Shown one piece after another: positions 49,557 to 58,978 of a stretch of DNA of 64,000 nucleotides. The translations under genes were made by a program, and so were the position numbers. Every line of letters begins with the position of its first letter. Within the stretch, counting starts at the first letter, position 1. The DNA lies in NCBI GenBank assembly GCA_003212795.1, contig QCOV01000004.1:11762-75761 (forward strand), written 5' to 3'. The notes under the pieces are model-generated. The model did no database searches. It saw only the letters and a list, made by a program, of their open reading frames with translations, and had not been told where the DNA came from. This stretch comes from OCS116 cluster bacterium AG-435-F03 (GTDB lineage: Bacteria; Pseudomonadota; Alphaproteobacteria; MED-G09).

Positions 49557-50102
49557 TTAAGATAAAGATAAATTATCTTCAACATAGGAAATCTCTCTTT
49601 TTGATCTAGACTCTAACTGTGCAATAAAAAATAAACCAGATAAAGACGCTACCATACCTGACATAGTGGGAAGAGTTGCTTTTGATATTCCAGCCGCCAT
49701 TGCTCGAGCATTTGAGGAACCTGTGATAGCCATAACATCAAAAACTTCTACCATACCAGTTACTGTTCCAAGTAATCCAAATAAAGGTGCAGCAGCAACA
49801 AGTGTTTTAATATAAAGCAAGCCCCTTTCAGAAGATTGCTTTACTTCACTAATAAGCTTTTCTCTAATTCTTCTGGCATACCAAGAACTATGGTCTGATC
49901 TTTCATTCCAATGATTTATTGCATTTTTTGATAGACCTTTTTGTGAGGTTGCAAAATGCCAATATCTTTCAATTATTAAAGCCCACATAATAAAAGTTGC
50001 AAGCATTATAGCTAAAAGAACATCGCCACCAAGCTCAATAAAATCACGTAATGAGCTGAAAGCTAAATCAGGTCTAACAAGTTTAATTAAAAAGTCACCC
50101 AT
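49557..50102 (-). CDS. exbB: MotA/TolQ/ExbB proton channel (short ExbB)
   Basis: 181 aa; C-terminal 'PLFGLLGTVTGMVEVF' signature. Confidence 0.7.
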   Translation of the reverse strand: MGDFLIKLVRPDLAFSSLRDFIELGGDVLLAIMLATFIMWALIIERYWHFATSQKGLSKNAINHWNERSDHSSWYARRIREKLISEVKQSSERGLLYIKTLVAAAPLFGLLGTVTGMVEVFDVMAITGSSNARAMAAGISKATLPTMSGMVASLSGLFFIAQLESRSKREISYVEDNLSLS

Positions 50103-50129
50103 TTATATAACCTTTAAATATCCTCAATT

Positions 50130-51521
50130 TTATCTAGATTCTGCTTTCGCAGCAATTAAACCTGCGCTTTGCTCTTCTAAAACTTGCTGAATAGATCTGC
50201 TTCTTTGTTGTGCAACAGAATGTAATAAAACAAGTGGAATAGCAGCAGTTAATCCTAAGACAGTTGTAACCAATGCCTGAGAAATACCACCAGCCATTAA
50301 TTTTGGATCACCAGTACCGAATAATGTAATTGCCTGGAATGTAACAATCATACCAGTAACAGTTCCGAGCAAGCCTAATAATGGAGCTACAGATGATAAT
50401 AATTTAATGAAATTAATACCTCTTTCTAAGGCAGGTAACTCCTTTAAAATTGCATCATCAAGTTTTAGTTCCAATGTTTCAACATCAGCACTTTGATTTG
50501 AATGATATGCTGAGAGAACTCTACCGAGTGGGTTATCATCATTTGGATTATCTACATCTTTTGATTGAGCGTTAACAGACCTAGAAACAATAGTTAATCT
50601 AAATATCCTCTCAGCTGAGAGAAGAAGCCCGATAATTAAAAGTCCAATAATAATATAACCAACCACTCCACCTTGACTAACTCTTTCTGATAGACCTGGA
50701 GTTTGAATTAATAATCCAAGAATTGCTCCTCTAGATGGGTCAATAGCACCTTTAACTATATCGCCTGTATCGCCATCAACAACATTATCTCCTAAGTCAA
50801 GAAATCTTGCCTGAGGTTGTCTACCTAGAACTCTATATCTTTCGTCATCAGGAAGATAACCTAAAAAATTACCTCTTCTATCAAATGCCGTCCAAGGCCC
50901 AACTCTAATAACATCCTCTTCAGAAAAACTACCATCTGTATCAACAATCGTACCTGTGAAACGCTTTACTTCACCTTGAGCTTTCATTTCCTCAAGAAGA
51001 TGGAACCACAATAATTCAAGCTCCTCATTAGATGGAAGTTTCTGTGATTTTGCCAAATTTGTTAATGTTTCATGTCTACCTGATAATTCACCGCTAATAA
51101 TGGATTCTTTAATTTGAGCACCCATTTCACTTGCAGTACCACGAACGACACCAAATAATTCACCAAAAGCGCCAAGTCTCTCTGCTTTAAGATCTTCTAA
51201 TTCGCTTAATTTAACATCATTTTCATCAAATTCTTTTTCTAAAACAACAGCTCTATCTTCTTCAACTTTTAGGTCGGCAAGAGTTTTATCAAGAATTGTT
51301 TGTTGTGTGTCTTGTTCAGCAACAAATTTAGCAATTCTTTGACGGTTTTCTTCAGTGTCATAAAGAGCTTCCTCTTGAACCTTAAGAATTAATTGTTCTA
51401 AAGATGTAACTTCAGCTGGAGTTTCATTTTCCTCTTTTTGAGCAAAAGAGCTAAGTGGGAAAGCAACAATTGATAAAAAAGAAACTAATATAATAATTTT
51501 ATTTTCTGTAAATTTTTTCAT
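50130..51521 (-). CDS. MotA/TolQ/ExbB family protein with long N-terminal periplasmic coiled-coil domain (TtpC-like)
   Basis: Signal peptide, about 250 aa coiled-coil, then 'APLLGLLGTVTGMIVTFQAI' channel signature. Confidence 0.65.
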   Translation of the reverse strand: MKKFTENKIIILVSFLSIVAFPLSSFAQKEENETPAEVTSLEQLILKVQEEALYDTEENRQRIAKFVAEQDTQQTILDKTLADLKVEEDRAVVLEKEFDENDVKLSELEDLKAERLGAFGELFGVVRGTASEMGAQIKESIISGELSGRHETLTNLAKSQKLPSNEELELLWFHLLEEMKAQGEVKRFTGTIVDTDGSFSEEDVIRVGPWTAFDRRGNFLGYLPDDERYRVLGRQPQARFLDLGDNVVDGDTGDIVKGAIDPSRGAILGLLIQTPGLSERVSQGGVVGYIIIGLLIIGLLLSAERIFRLTIVSRSVNAQSKDVDNPNDDNPLGRVLSAYHSNQSADVETLELKLDDAILKELPALERGINFIKLLSSVAPLLGLLGTVTGMIVTFQAITLFGTGDPKLMAGGISQALVTTVLGLTAAIPLVLLHSVAQQRSRSIQQVLEEQSAGLIAAKAESR

Positions 51522-51535
51522 TTTTTTCCCCTAAT

Positions 51536-52321
51536 TTATTCCGAAGTGATCTCAAGCGGAACGACCATTAAATCTGGCGCTGCTTGTTCATTAGCAATTC
51601 TAATTCCAACCTGGATTGGCAGACGATAAGATCCGCCCAATCTAGTCCACTCTCCATCTGCTTTATTCCAAACAGCTGCATCGTCTCCATCTAGAGTTTG
51701 GTAAATGTAAGAATTTCTTCCGATTCTTAAGAAATTAACTGTTCTGTCATCATCTGGGCTAACTTTACCGGTGTAAGCCTCAATTGTGCGACCATACTCA
51801 TTTTCTATTTCATAAGCTTCAGAAATTTTTCTATATTTTTCAGCTGGTGAAGCATCCGGGTTATTCATAAGAGTTCTTAAACCTTGAACTCTCTGTCTTC
51901 TTTCATCTATTAAAAATGGGACATCGAGTTCAACAAAAGTATCTAACGCATCTATCATTTTAAACATCAAAGGCATAACTGATCGTGTCAAACTACTTAT
52001 ACGAGCAACATCTTGCTCGATTCGAACCATTTTTCTCTCTTGCCTATCAATAAGAATTTCTAACTGGTCATTATATGCTGTTAGATCAATTAATTGCTGA
52101 TAGTTCTGTCTAAACTCTTGAACGATAACATTTGTTGAGTCATCTAAAGCATCAATTTGTCCTTGAGCTTCCTTTCCAGAATTATTTGATTGAGCAAAAA
52201 GTGATCTTACTGGATCTAATTGTCTAGCAGGATCAATGTTTTTTTGAGAATATGCATCATTTGATAATAAAAATATCAATGAAAATAATGCAATTTTTTT
52301 AATATTTATGTTTAAAGACAT
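51536..52321 (-). CDS. DUF3450 family periplasmic protein (TtpB-like), first gene of the TonB2-type operon
   Basis: Signal peptide, coiled-coil; conserved position upstream of the TtpC-like gene. Confidence 0.5.
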   Translation of the reverse strand: MSLNINIKKIALFSLIFLLSNDAYSQKNIDPARQLDPVRSLFAQSNNSGKEAQGQIDALDDSTNVIVQEFRQNYQQLIDLTAYNDQLEILIDRQERKMVRIEQDVARISSLTRSVMPLMFKMIDALDTFVELDVPFLIDERRQRVQGLRTLMNNPDASPAEKYRKISEAYEIENEYGRTIEAYTGKVSPDDDRTVNFLRIGRNSYIYQTLDGDDAAVWNKADGEWTRLGGSYRLPIQVGIRIANEQAAPDLMVVPLEITSE

Positions 52322-52344
52322 AGTGTCCCCTTTACCATTAAGCT

Positions 52345-52372
52345 TATAGAATAAAAAAATGAATATTCTATA
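52345..52372. promoter_or_regulatory. AT-rich inverted repeat in the promoter region of the TonB2-type operon (candidate Fur-type operator)
   Basis: 'TATAGAATA-aaaaaatgaa-TATTCTATA' has 9-bp perfect arms and contains the palindrome GAATATTC. It lies about 25-50 nt upstream of the DUF3450 start. Confidence 0.3.
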
Positions 52373-52548
52373 TAATTAATTAATACACTTTTAAAATTTT
52401 ACTGAATTGTCAACCTGATTTTTTTCCCCTCTTATCATTAGACCAAAAATTATTAGCAGTCTCAAACAATATAATCAATTTAGAAATTAAAAAAATTAAC
52501 ATTTTTATCTTGCAAATATGACTAGAGATTATTATATCCATATTAAAT

Positions 52549-52564
52549 ATGACGCTAGCGTCAT
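52549..52564. promoter_or_regulatory. 16-bp perfect palindrome immediately upstream of the RND efflux operon (candidate operator)
   Basis: 'ATGACGCTAGCGTCAT', followed directly by a consensus -10 'TATAAT' (52567-52572), with the ATG at 52583. Confidence 0.35.
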
Positions 52565-52582
52565 TTTTATAATGCTATTATC

Positions 52583-53662
52583 ATGAGTAAAACAGTAAAA
52601 ACATCACTAATAACTCTTTCTGTCCTTATTTTTTGGATGTTCACTGGTATATTTTCAAATGATGATGAAGGATCAAATTCAGTAATTGAAATTGAAGGTA
52701 ATACTGCAATAAATAACTCTACCCTAGTGAGCGCTAGAATTTTTAATGCAAAACCTAAAATATCTTTTGTTGTTTTAAGGGGCAGAACTGAGTCTGATAG
52801 AAATGTTTACATTGCAGCTGAGACAACCGGTATTGTAGAAAATATTTATTTTGAAAAGGGAGATAAGGTAAAAAAAGGTGAAATTATATGCAAACAATCA
52901 ATAGATGCTCGAAAAGCCAAACTTGATGAAGCTAATGCATTAATGAAACAAAAAGAGTTAGAATGGCAAGCCTCTAAGACATTAGTAGAGAAAGGATATA
53001 GATCACAGACACAATTAGCTGCTTCTTCAGCAGCATATGATGCTTCAAAAGCATTAGTTAAACAAATGGAGCAGGAGCTCGATAACATAAATATTAGAGC
53101 ACCATTTGATGGTATATTTAATGAAAAACTAGCGGAAATAGGTGATTTTTTATCAATAGGAAAGCCTTGCGGAAAAGTAGTTGACTACGATCCAATTAAA
53201 ATAACTGCTCAAGTGTCAGAAAAAGAAATTCTTAGTGTAAAAAATGGTCTTCCAGGTAGAGCTAATTTATCTACAGGAGAAAAAGTTGAAGGTTTAGTAA
53301 CATATGTTTCAAATACTGCTGATCCAGCAACCAGAACTTTTCGAATTGAAATGGAAGTTGAAAATAATAACCTTAGTTATAAAGATGGTTTAACAGCCGA
53401 AATTTTTATACCTATAAAAGAAATTAACGGCCATTTGATTCCTCCTTCCTCTTTAACATTAAATGAAGTAGGTGAAGTGGGTGTTCGCCATATTGTTGAT
53501 AAAAATAAAGCTAAATTTTCAAAAGTAGAAATCTTAGGCGATGAAAATGAACTTGTTTGGATTTCAGGGTTACCTGAAAAAGTTACAATTATTACTGTTG
53601 GTCATGAATTTGTATCAAACGGAGATTCGGTGAATTATAGATTACAGGATGAAAACAGTTGA
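52583..53662 (+). CDS. RND efflux periplasmic adaptor (membrane fusion protein, HlyD family)
   Basis: N-terminal TM, coiled-coil hairpin and beta-barrel domains; overlaps the RND permease start by 4 nt. Confidence 0.7.
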   Translation: MSKTVKTSLITLSVLIFWMFTGIFSNDDEGSNSVIEIEGNTAINNSTLVSARIFNAKPKISFVVLRGRTESDRNVYIAAETTGIVENIYFEKGDKVKKGEIICKQSIDARKAKLDEANALMKQKELEWQASKTLVEKGYRSQTQLAASSAAYDASKALVKQMEQELDNINIRAPFDGIFNEKLAEIGDFLSIGKPCGKVVDYDPIKITAQVSEKEILSVKNGLPGRANLSTGEKVEGLVTYVSNTADPATRTFRIEMEVENNNLSYKDGLTAEIFIPIKEINGHLIPPSSLTLNEVGEVGVRHIVDKNKAKFSKVEILGDENELVWISGLPEKVTIITVGHEFVSNGDSVNYRLQDENS

Positions 53663-56600
53663 TCAACATTATTGATTATATAATGGCTGCAAGAAAAACT
53701 ACTGTTTTTCTTATGCTTATTCTTATAACCATTGGAACCTTTACTTTCATATCAATACCAAAGGATGCAGAACCAGATATAGATGTTCCTTTTGTTTACG
53801 TTTCAGTGGTTTTACCTGGAATATCACCTGAAGATTCAGAAAGATTAATAGTTAGACCATTAGAAACAGAATTAAAAAATATTGAAGGATTAAAAGAAAT
53901 ATCAGGAATGGCATCCCAAAATTATGGATCTGTTTTATTAGAATTTGATATTAGCTTTGATAAGGATAAGGTTTTAAGTGATGTTAGGGAAAAAGTTGAT
54001 CTAGCTAAATCGGAATTTCCTCAAGATGCTGAGGAACCACAAGTCTTAGAATTTAATATGGCTACAATGCCTGTAATGACCGTTTCGTTATCAGGCAAAG
54101 TACCAAATAGGACTTTAATTTATCATGCAAAAGAACTTCAGAATCAAATAGAACGAGTACCCGGTATATTAGAAGCACCAATAGTGGGAGATAAAGAGGA
54201 ATTACTAGAAATACTTGTTAGTCCTTCTAAACTTGAGAATTATGATGTTTCACTTGCTGATTTGATAAGATCAATAACTGGTAACAATAGAATAGTTGCA
54301 GCTGGTACAATCAATAAAGGACAGGGAAAATTTTCAGTAAAAGTACCAGCAGTTTATGAAAGCGCACAAGACGTATACAACATAGGAATTATAACACGAG
54401 GCGAAGGTACTGTTAAACTTGGCGATATAGCTGAAATACGAAGTACATTTAAGGAAAATGAGACTTATGCAAGAATTGATGGCAAACCAGCTATCCACCT
54501 AGATGTAAAAAAAAGAATTGGTGAAAATGTAATCCTAATAAATAAAGAAATTAGAAAAGTTGGTAATAAATATAAGCAAGATAATCTTTCTAACAACATA
54601 TACATAGACTTTTCTGCAGATACATCTGATTACATTAATGAAATGCTTGGATCTTTATCTAATGCAATTTCAAATGCAATTATAAGCGTTATGCTTCTGG
54701 TTATAGCTTCACTAGGAATAAGATCGGCTTTAATGGTTGGGATATCCATTCCTACTTCTTTTCTTATGGCGATTACGCTTCTTGCTGTTTCTGGTGGATA
54801 TATAAACATGATGGTTATGTTTGGATTATTAGTTTCTGTAGGTCTACTTGTTGATGGATCAATAGTAATGGTTGAATATGCTGATAGGAAAATGGCAGAA
54901 GGTCTAGATAGGAAGGCAGCTTATACCCAGGCATATAAAAGAATGATATGGCCGATTATATCTTCTACTGCAACAACACTCGCAGCATTTCTACCATTAG
55001 TTTTATGGCCTGGTATACCAGGGCAATTCATGAAATGGATGCCGTTCATGGTAAGTCTAGTTTTAGTGTCTTCTTTACTTTCTGCATTAATTTTCATACC
55101 AGTAATGGGTTCTTTATTTGGTAGAACAGAAAATAAAAATAAAATTAAACTAGATGAAGAGTTCAGTTTTAATAATCTTAAGGGAATAACTCTTACATAC
55201 GCAAAATTATTAGAGAAATGTCTAAAAAGACCTATGGCAGTTCTATTGTCTGCAGTTCTTGTGGTCTTTACATTGATAATACTCTACTCAAATTTCAATG
55301 CTGGTTCACAGTATTCAGTTGATACTGACTCTAATCAAATGCTGGTTCACGTTAACGCAAGAGGAAATTTATCCCCTGAAGAAAAATTAGATCTTTCGAT
55401 AGATGTTGAAGAAATAGTGATGGGTACTGATGGCGTTGATAGAGTTCTTACATCGATAGGCTCTGGAGATGGATTTAATGTTTACTCTGCAATGGGTGGT
55501 TCAGGAAATAGAACAGATCAAATTGCCTCATTGATGGTTGAATTAAAGCCAGTTCATGAAAGAAGATCAGCTGATAAAATAAAAGATGATATTTTAAGTA
55601 AATCTAAACTTTTACCTGGGATTATTGTTGAGGCTTATAAAATTGAAAATAAACCTGATACAGGAAAAGATATTCAAATGGAAATAACCTCAAATAATAA
55701 AAATAATCTTGAAAAAGTAACAAAACTCATCACAGCAAAATTAGAAAATATGGATGGTATCCAGGAAGTTGATAACACCATGCCTTTACCCGGTATTGAG
55801 TGGATAATTAATGTTGATAGAGAGCTTGCTGGACGTTTTGGAGCGGATATATCAACTATTGGAGCAATTGTTCAATTGGTAACAAATGGAATTCTGGTTG
55901 ACAAGTATAGGCCAGATAATTCTGACGATGAGGTTGATATTCGAGTTCGATTTCCTGAAGAATACAGGATGATAGAGGAATTTGACCAATTAAGAATTCC
56001 TACAAGTGAAGGTGCTGTCCCATTATCAAATTTTGTAACAAGAACGCCAAATTCTAAGGTATCAACAATCGAAAGACTTGATGGTTTAAGAATTTTTAAA
56101 ATAAGAGCAAATACATCTATCGACCCTTCAACAGGTAAAAAGTATCTTGCAGTTGATAAAAGTAATGAATTAAAAAAATGGATTTCTCAAGAAAGCCTTC
56201 CAAAAAATGTATTTATCAAATTTGCTGGTTCAGATGAAGAAAGAGAGGAATCTGCTGCATTCCTGGGAAATGCTATGATAGGAGCCCTTTTTCTAATGTT
56301 CATAATTTTATTAACTCAATTTAATAGTTTTTATCAAGCTGCTATAACATTATCGACTGTAATATTATCTACAATTGGTGCTTTAACTGGTCTTATGATT
56401 GTTGGTCAATATTTTTCAGTAATTATGACTGGCTTAGGAATTGTTTCATTGGCAGGAATAATTGTTAATAACTCAATAGTCTTAATTGATACATATAATA
56501 GACTCAGAGTTCAGCATGAAGACCCAATTGAGACAATTTTGCATTCTTCTGTTCAACGATTTAGACCTATTGTCTTAACGACTGCTACCACAATGATTGC

Positions 56601-56838
56601 TCTTATACCGGTTGCTTTACAGGTTACAATTGGTTGGTTTGATAGAAGTATTGAATTTGGCGGATTAATGGCTGCATGGTGGGTTCCATTCTCTACAGCT
56701 GTAATTTGGGGATTAGGATTTTCAAGTGTATTAACTCTTTTTCTTGTACCTACACTCTTAAGTATGCCAATATATTTTGAGAGAAATAAACATAAAATTT
56801 TAAAGTTTTTTACTAATAAAATTCAACCGGCAGAGTAA
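53659..56838 (+). CDS. RND efflux permease (AcrB/AcrD/AcrF family)
   Basis: 1059 aa; 12 TM helices with two large periplasmic loops; conserved 'GLLVDGSIVMVEY' and 'AGIIVNNSIVLIDT' TM4/TM10 motifs. Confidence 0.85.
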   Translation: MINIIDYIMAARKTTVFLMLILITIGTFTFISIPKDAEPDIDVPFVYVSVVLPGISPEDSERLIVRPLETELKNIEGLKEISGMASQNYGSVLLEFDISFDKDKVLSDVREKVDLAKSEFPQDAEEPQVLEFNMATMPVMTVSLSGKVPNRTLIYHAKELQNQIERVPGILEAPIVGDKEELLEILVSPSKLENYDVSLADLIRSITGNNRIVAAGTINKGQGKFSVKVPAVYESAQDVYNIGIITRGEGTVKLGDIAEIRSTFKENETYARIDGKPAIHLDVKKRIGENVILINKEIRKVGNKYKQDNLSNNIYIDFSADTSDYINEMLGSLSNAISNAIISVMLLVIASLGIRSALMVGISIPTSFLMAITLLAVSGGYINMMVMFGLLVSVGLLVDGSIVMVEYADRKMAEGLDRKAAYTQAYKRMIWPIISSTATTLAAFLPLVLWPGIPGQFMKWMPFMVSLVLVSSLLSALIFIPVMGSLFGRTENKNKIKLDEEFSFNNLKGITLTYAKLLEKCLKRPMAVLLSAVLVVFTLIILYSNFNAGSQYSVDTDSNQMLVHVNARGNLSPEEKLDLSIDVEEIVMGTDGVDRVLTSIGSGDGFNVYSAMGGSGNRTDQIASLMVELKPVHERRSADKIKDDILSKSKLLPGIIVEAYKIENKPDTGKDIQMEITSNNKNNLEKVTKLITAKLENMDGIQEVDNTMPLPGIEWIINVDRELAGRFGADISTIGAIVQLVTNGILVDKYRPDNSDDEVDIRVRFPEEYRMIEEFDQLRIPTSEGAVPLSNFVTRTPNSKVSTIERLDGLRIFKIRANTSIDPSTGKKYLAVDKSNELKKWISQESLPKNVFIKFAGSDEEREESAAFLGNAMIGALFLMFIILLTQFNSFYQAAITLSTVILSTIGALTGLMIVGQYFSVIMTGLGIVSLAGIIVNNSIVLIDTYNRLRVQHEDPIETILHSSVQRFRPIVLTTATTMIALIPVALQVTIGWFDRSIEFGGLMAAWWVPFSTAVIWGLGFSSVLTLFLVPTLLSMPIYFERNKHKILKFFTNKIQPAE

Positions 56839-56840
56839 AA

Positions 56841-57401
56841 ATGGCTAACATAGGTGTATTTTGTTCATCACTTGATGGTGAAAAAATCTTTTCTGAGAAA
56901 GCTAAAGAGTTAGGCGCTTTATTGGCAAAAGAAAATTATTCTCTAGTCTATGGAGGAGGCAAACTTGGTTTAATGGGCGACCTAGCTAAGAGTGTTAAGA
57001 AAAACGATTCTGAAGTTATTTCAGTTATTCCAAGTTATTTAAATAAACCAAATATTACATTTAGTGAATCAGACGAAATTTATGAAACAAAAGATTTGTT
57101 TGAAAGAAAGAAAAAATTAATCGAATTATCAGATGTTTTAATTGCTCTTCCAGGAGGAGTAGGTACATTGGATGAAATATTTGATGTCATTGCATTATTT
57201 GCCCTTGGAGAAATTAATAAATCTATTTTCTTATTAAATATTAATAATTTCTGGTTGCCTTTTGATAATATGATAAAACATCTTAGAGATAATAAAATGA
57301 TTAGACCAAGTGATGACAAATTTATTGAAGCAAGAAGTTTAAAAAATTTATTTATTTCAAATAGTATTGAAGAGATATTCTCTCATCCAAAATTTATTTA
57401 A
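56841..57401 (+). CDS. LOG family protein (cytokinin riboside 5'-monophosphate phosphoribohydrolase-like)
   Basis: 'VYGGGKLGLMG' and 'PGGVGTLDE' LOG motifs; starts 3 nt after the RND stop. Confidence 0.65.
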   Translation: MANIGVFCSSLDGEKIFSEKAKELGALLAKENYSLVYGGGKLGLMGDLAKSVKKNDSEVISVIPSYLNKPNITFSESDEIYETKDLFERKKKLIELSDVLIALPGGVGTLDEIFDVIALFALGEINKSIFLLNINNFWLPFDNMIKHLRDNKMIRPSDDKFIEARSLKNLFISNSIEEIFSHPKFI

Positions 57402-58977
57402 TATCAGATTTTATTAACTTATAATTTATTGAGTCCATCAAAGCTTCAAATGATGCCTCAATAATGTTTGGGCTAATACCAACCGTAAACCAGCTTTGAT
57501 TTTTACTGTCCGAACTCTCAATTACAACTCTTGTAATAGCTTCAGTTCCACCATCTAAGATACGAACTTTATAATCAACTAAAGTAAGGTCTTGAATATA
57601 TTCATTGTATATTCCTAAATCTTTTCTTAATGCATTATCTAATGCATTAACTGGCCCATTACCCTCACCTGTTGAATTGATAATTCTTTCATCTACATTC
57701 AGCACTATATTTGCTTTTGATAAAGAGCTCTTATCTTTAGAGCCGGCAATGGTTACTTCATAATTCTCAACTGAAAAAAAACTTGGAACTTGATCCAAAA
57801 TATTTTTAGCAAGAATTTCAAAAGAAGCACCAGCTCCATCATATGAATATCCCATGTACTCTCTTTCTTTTACGATATCTAAAAGAGTATTTATTCTTTT
57901 ATCATCACTATCAATTTCCATACCTATAGACTTCAATCTTGATAATAAATTTGATCTTCCAGCCTGATTTGAGACTAAAATTTTTCTATTATTACCAACT
58001 AATTCTGGATTGACATGTTCATAAGTTGTTGGGTCCTTCATAACAGCCGATACATGAAGCCCACCTTTATGAGCAAATGCATTTTCACCAACATAAGGCT
58101 GGTGATTATTTGGATGTTTATTCAAAATATCATCAACTAATCGAGATAAATTTTTTAATTCAGATAGCTTGTTAGCATTAATTGAAATCTCATATTTATC
58201 AGAATATTCTTTTTTAAGTAATAATGTGGGAATTATAGATATTAAATTAGCATTTCCACATCTTTCACCTAATCCGTTTATAGTTCCTTGGAGATGTCTT
58301 GCACCAGCATCAATTGCAGCTAAGCTATTGGCGACAGCATTTTCTGTATCATTATGACAATGAATCCCAATCTTATCGCCTGGAAATTTTTTAGTAATTT
58401 CTTCTACGATATTAAAAATCTCACTAGGAAGTGTTCCTCCATTTGTATCGCATAATACTACCCATTCCGCACCAGATTCTAGTGCGGCTTCTATACATTT
58501 AAATGAGAATTCAGAATTTGATTTGTATCCGTCAAAAAAATGTTCGCAGTCAATAAGTGGTTCTTTACCGCCTGCCTTTACAGATAAAACTGAATCTTTT
58601 ATTGCCTCAATATTTTCTTCCAAAGAAATACCTAATGCCAGATCAACATGAAAATCCCAAGTTTTAGCGACTAAACAAACAGAATCAGAATGTGCGTCAA
58701 TTAGTGATCTCAGCTGAGGGTCATTATCAGCGGATCTTCCAGATCTTTTGGTCATTCCAAATGCTGTAAATTTAGCATTTGAAAAATTGTTTTTGTTTTC
58801 AAAAAACTTTGTGTCGGTAGGATTTGCTCCTGGCCACCCACCTTCAATATAGTCTATCCCAATATTATCAAGGGCATTAGCAATATTCACTTTATCCTGA
58901 ACTGAAAAATCTACTCCTTGGGTTTGTTGACCATCCCTAAGTGTAGTATCAAATAAAATAACCTTTTCTCTGGGCAT
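57394..58977 (-). CDS. cimA: (R)-citramalate synthase (CimA-type; LeuA family)
   Basis: 'ILFDTTLRDGQQTQGVDFS...IEGGWPGANPTD' is CimA-type; 527 aa with C-terminal LeuA-dimer domain. Confidence 0.55.
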   Translation of the reverse strand: MPREKVILFDTTLRDGQQTQGVDFSVQDKVNIANALDNIGIDYIEGGWPGANPTDTKFFENKNNFSNAKFTAFGMTKRSGRSADNDPQLRSLIDAHSDSVCLVAKTWDFHVDLALGISLEENIEAIKDSVLSVKAGGKEPLIDCEHFFDGYKSNSEFSFKCIEAALESGAEWVVLCDTNGGTLPSEIFNIVEEITKKFPGDKIGIHCHNDTENAVANSLAAIDAGARHLQGTINGLGERCGNANLISIIPTLLLKKEYSDKYEISINANKLSELKNLSRLVDDILNKHPNNHQPYVGENAFAHKGGLHVSAVMKDPTTYEHVNPELVGNNRKILVSNQAGRSNLLSRLKSIGMEIDSDDKRINTLLDIVKEREYMGYSYDGAGASFEILAKNILDQVPSFFSVENYEVTIAGSKDKSSLSKANIVLNVDERIINSTGEGNGPVNALDNALRKDLGIYNEYIQDLTLVDYKVRILDGGTEAITRVVIESSDSKNQSWFTVGISPNIIEASFEALMDSINYKLIKSDIK

Positions 58978-58978
58978 A

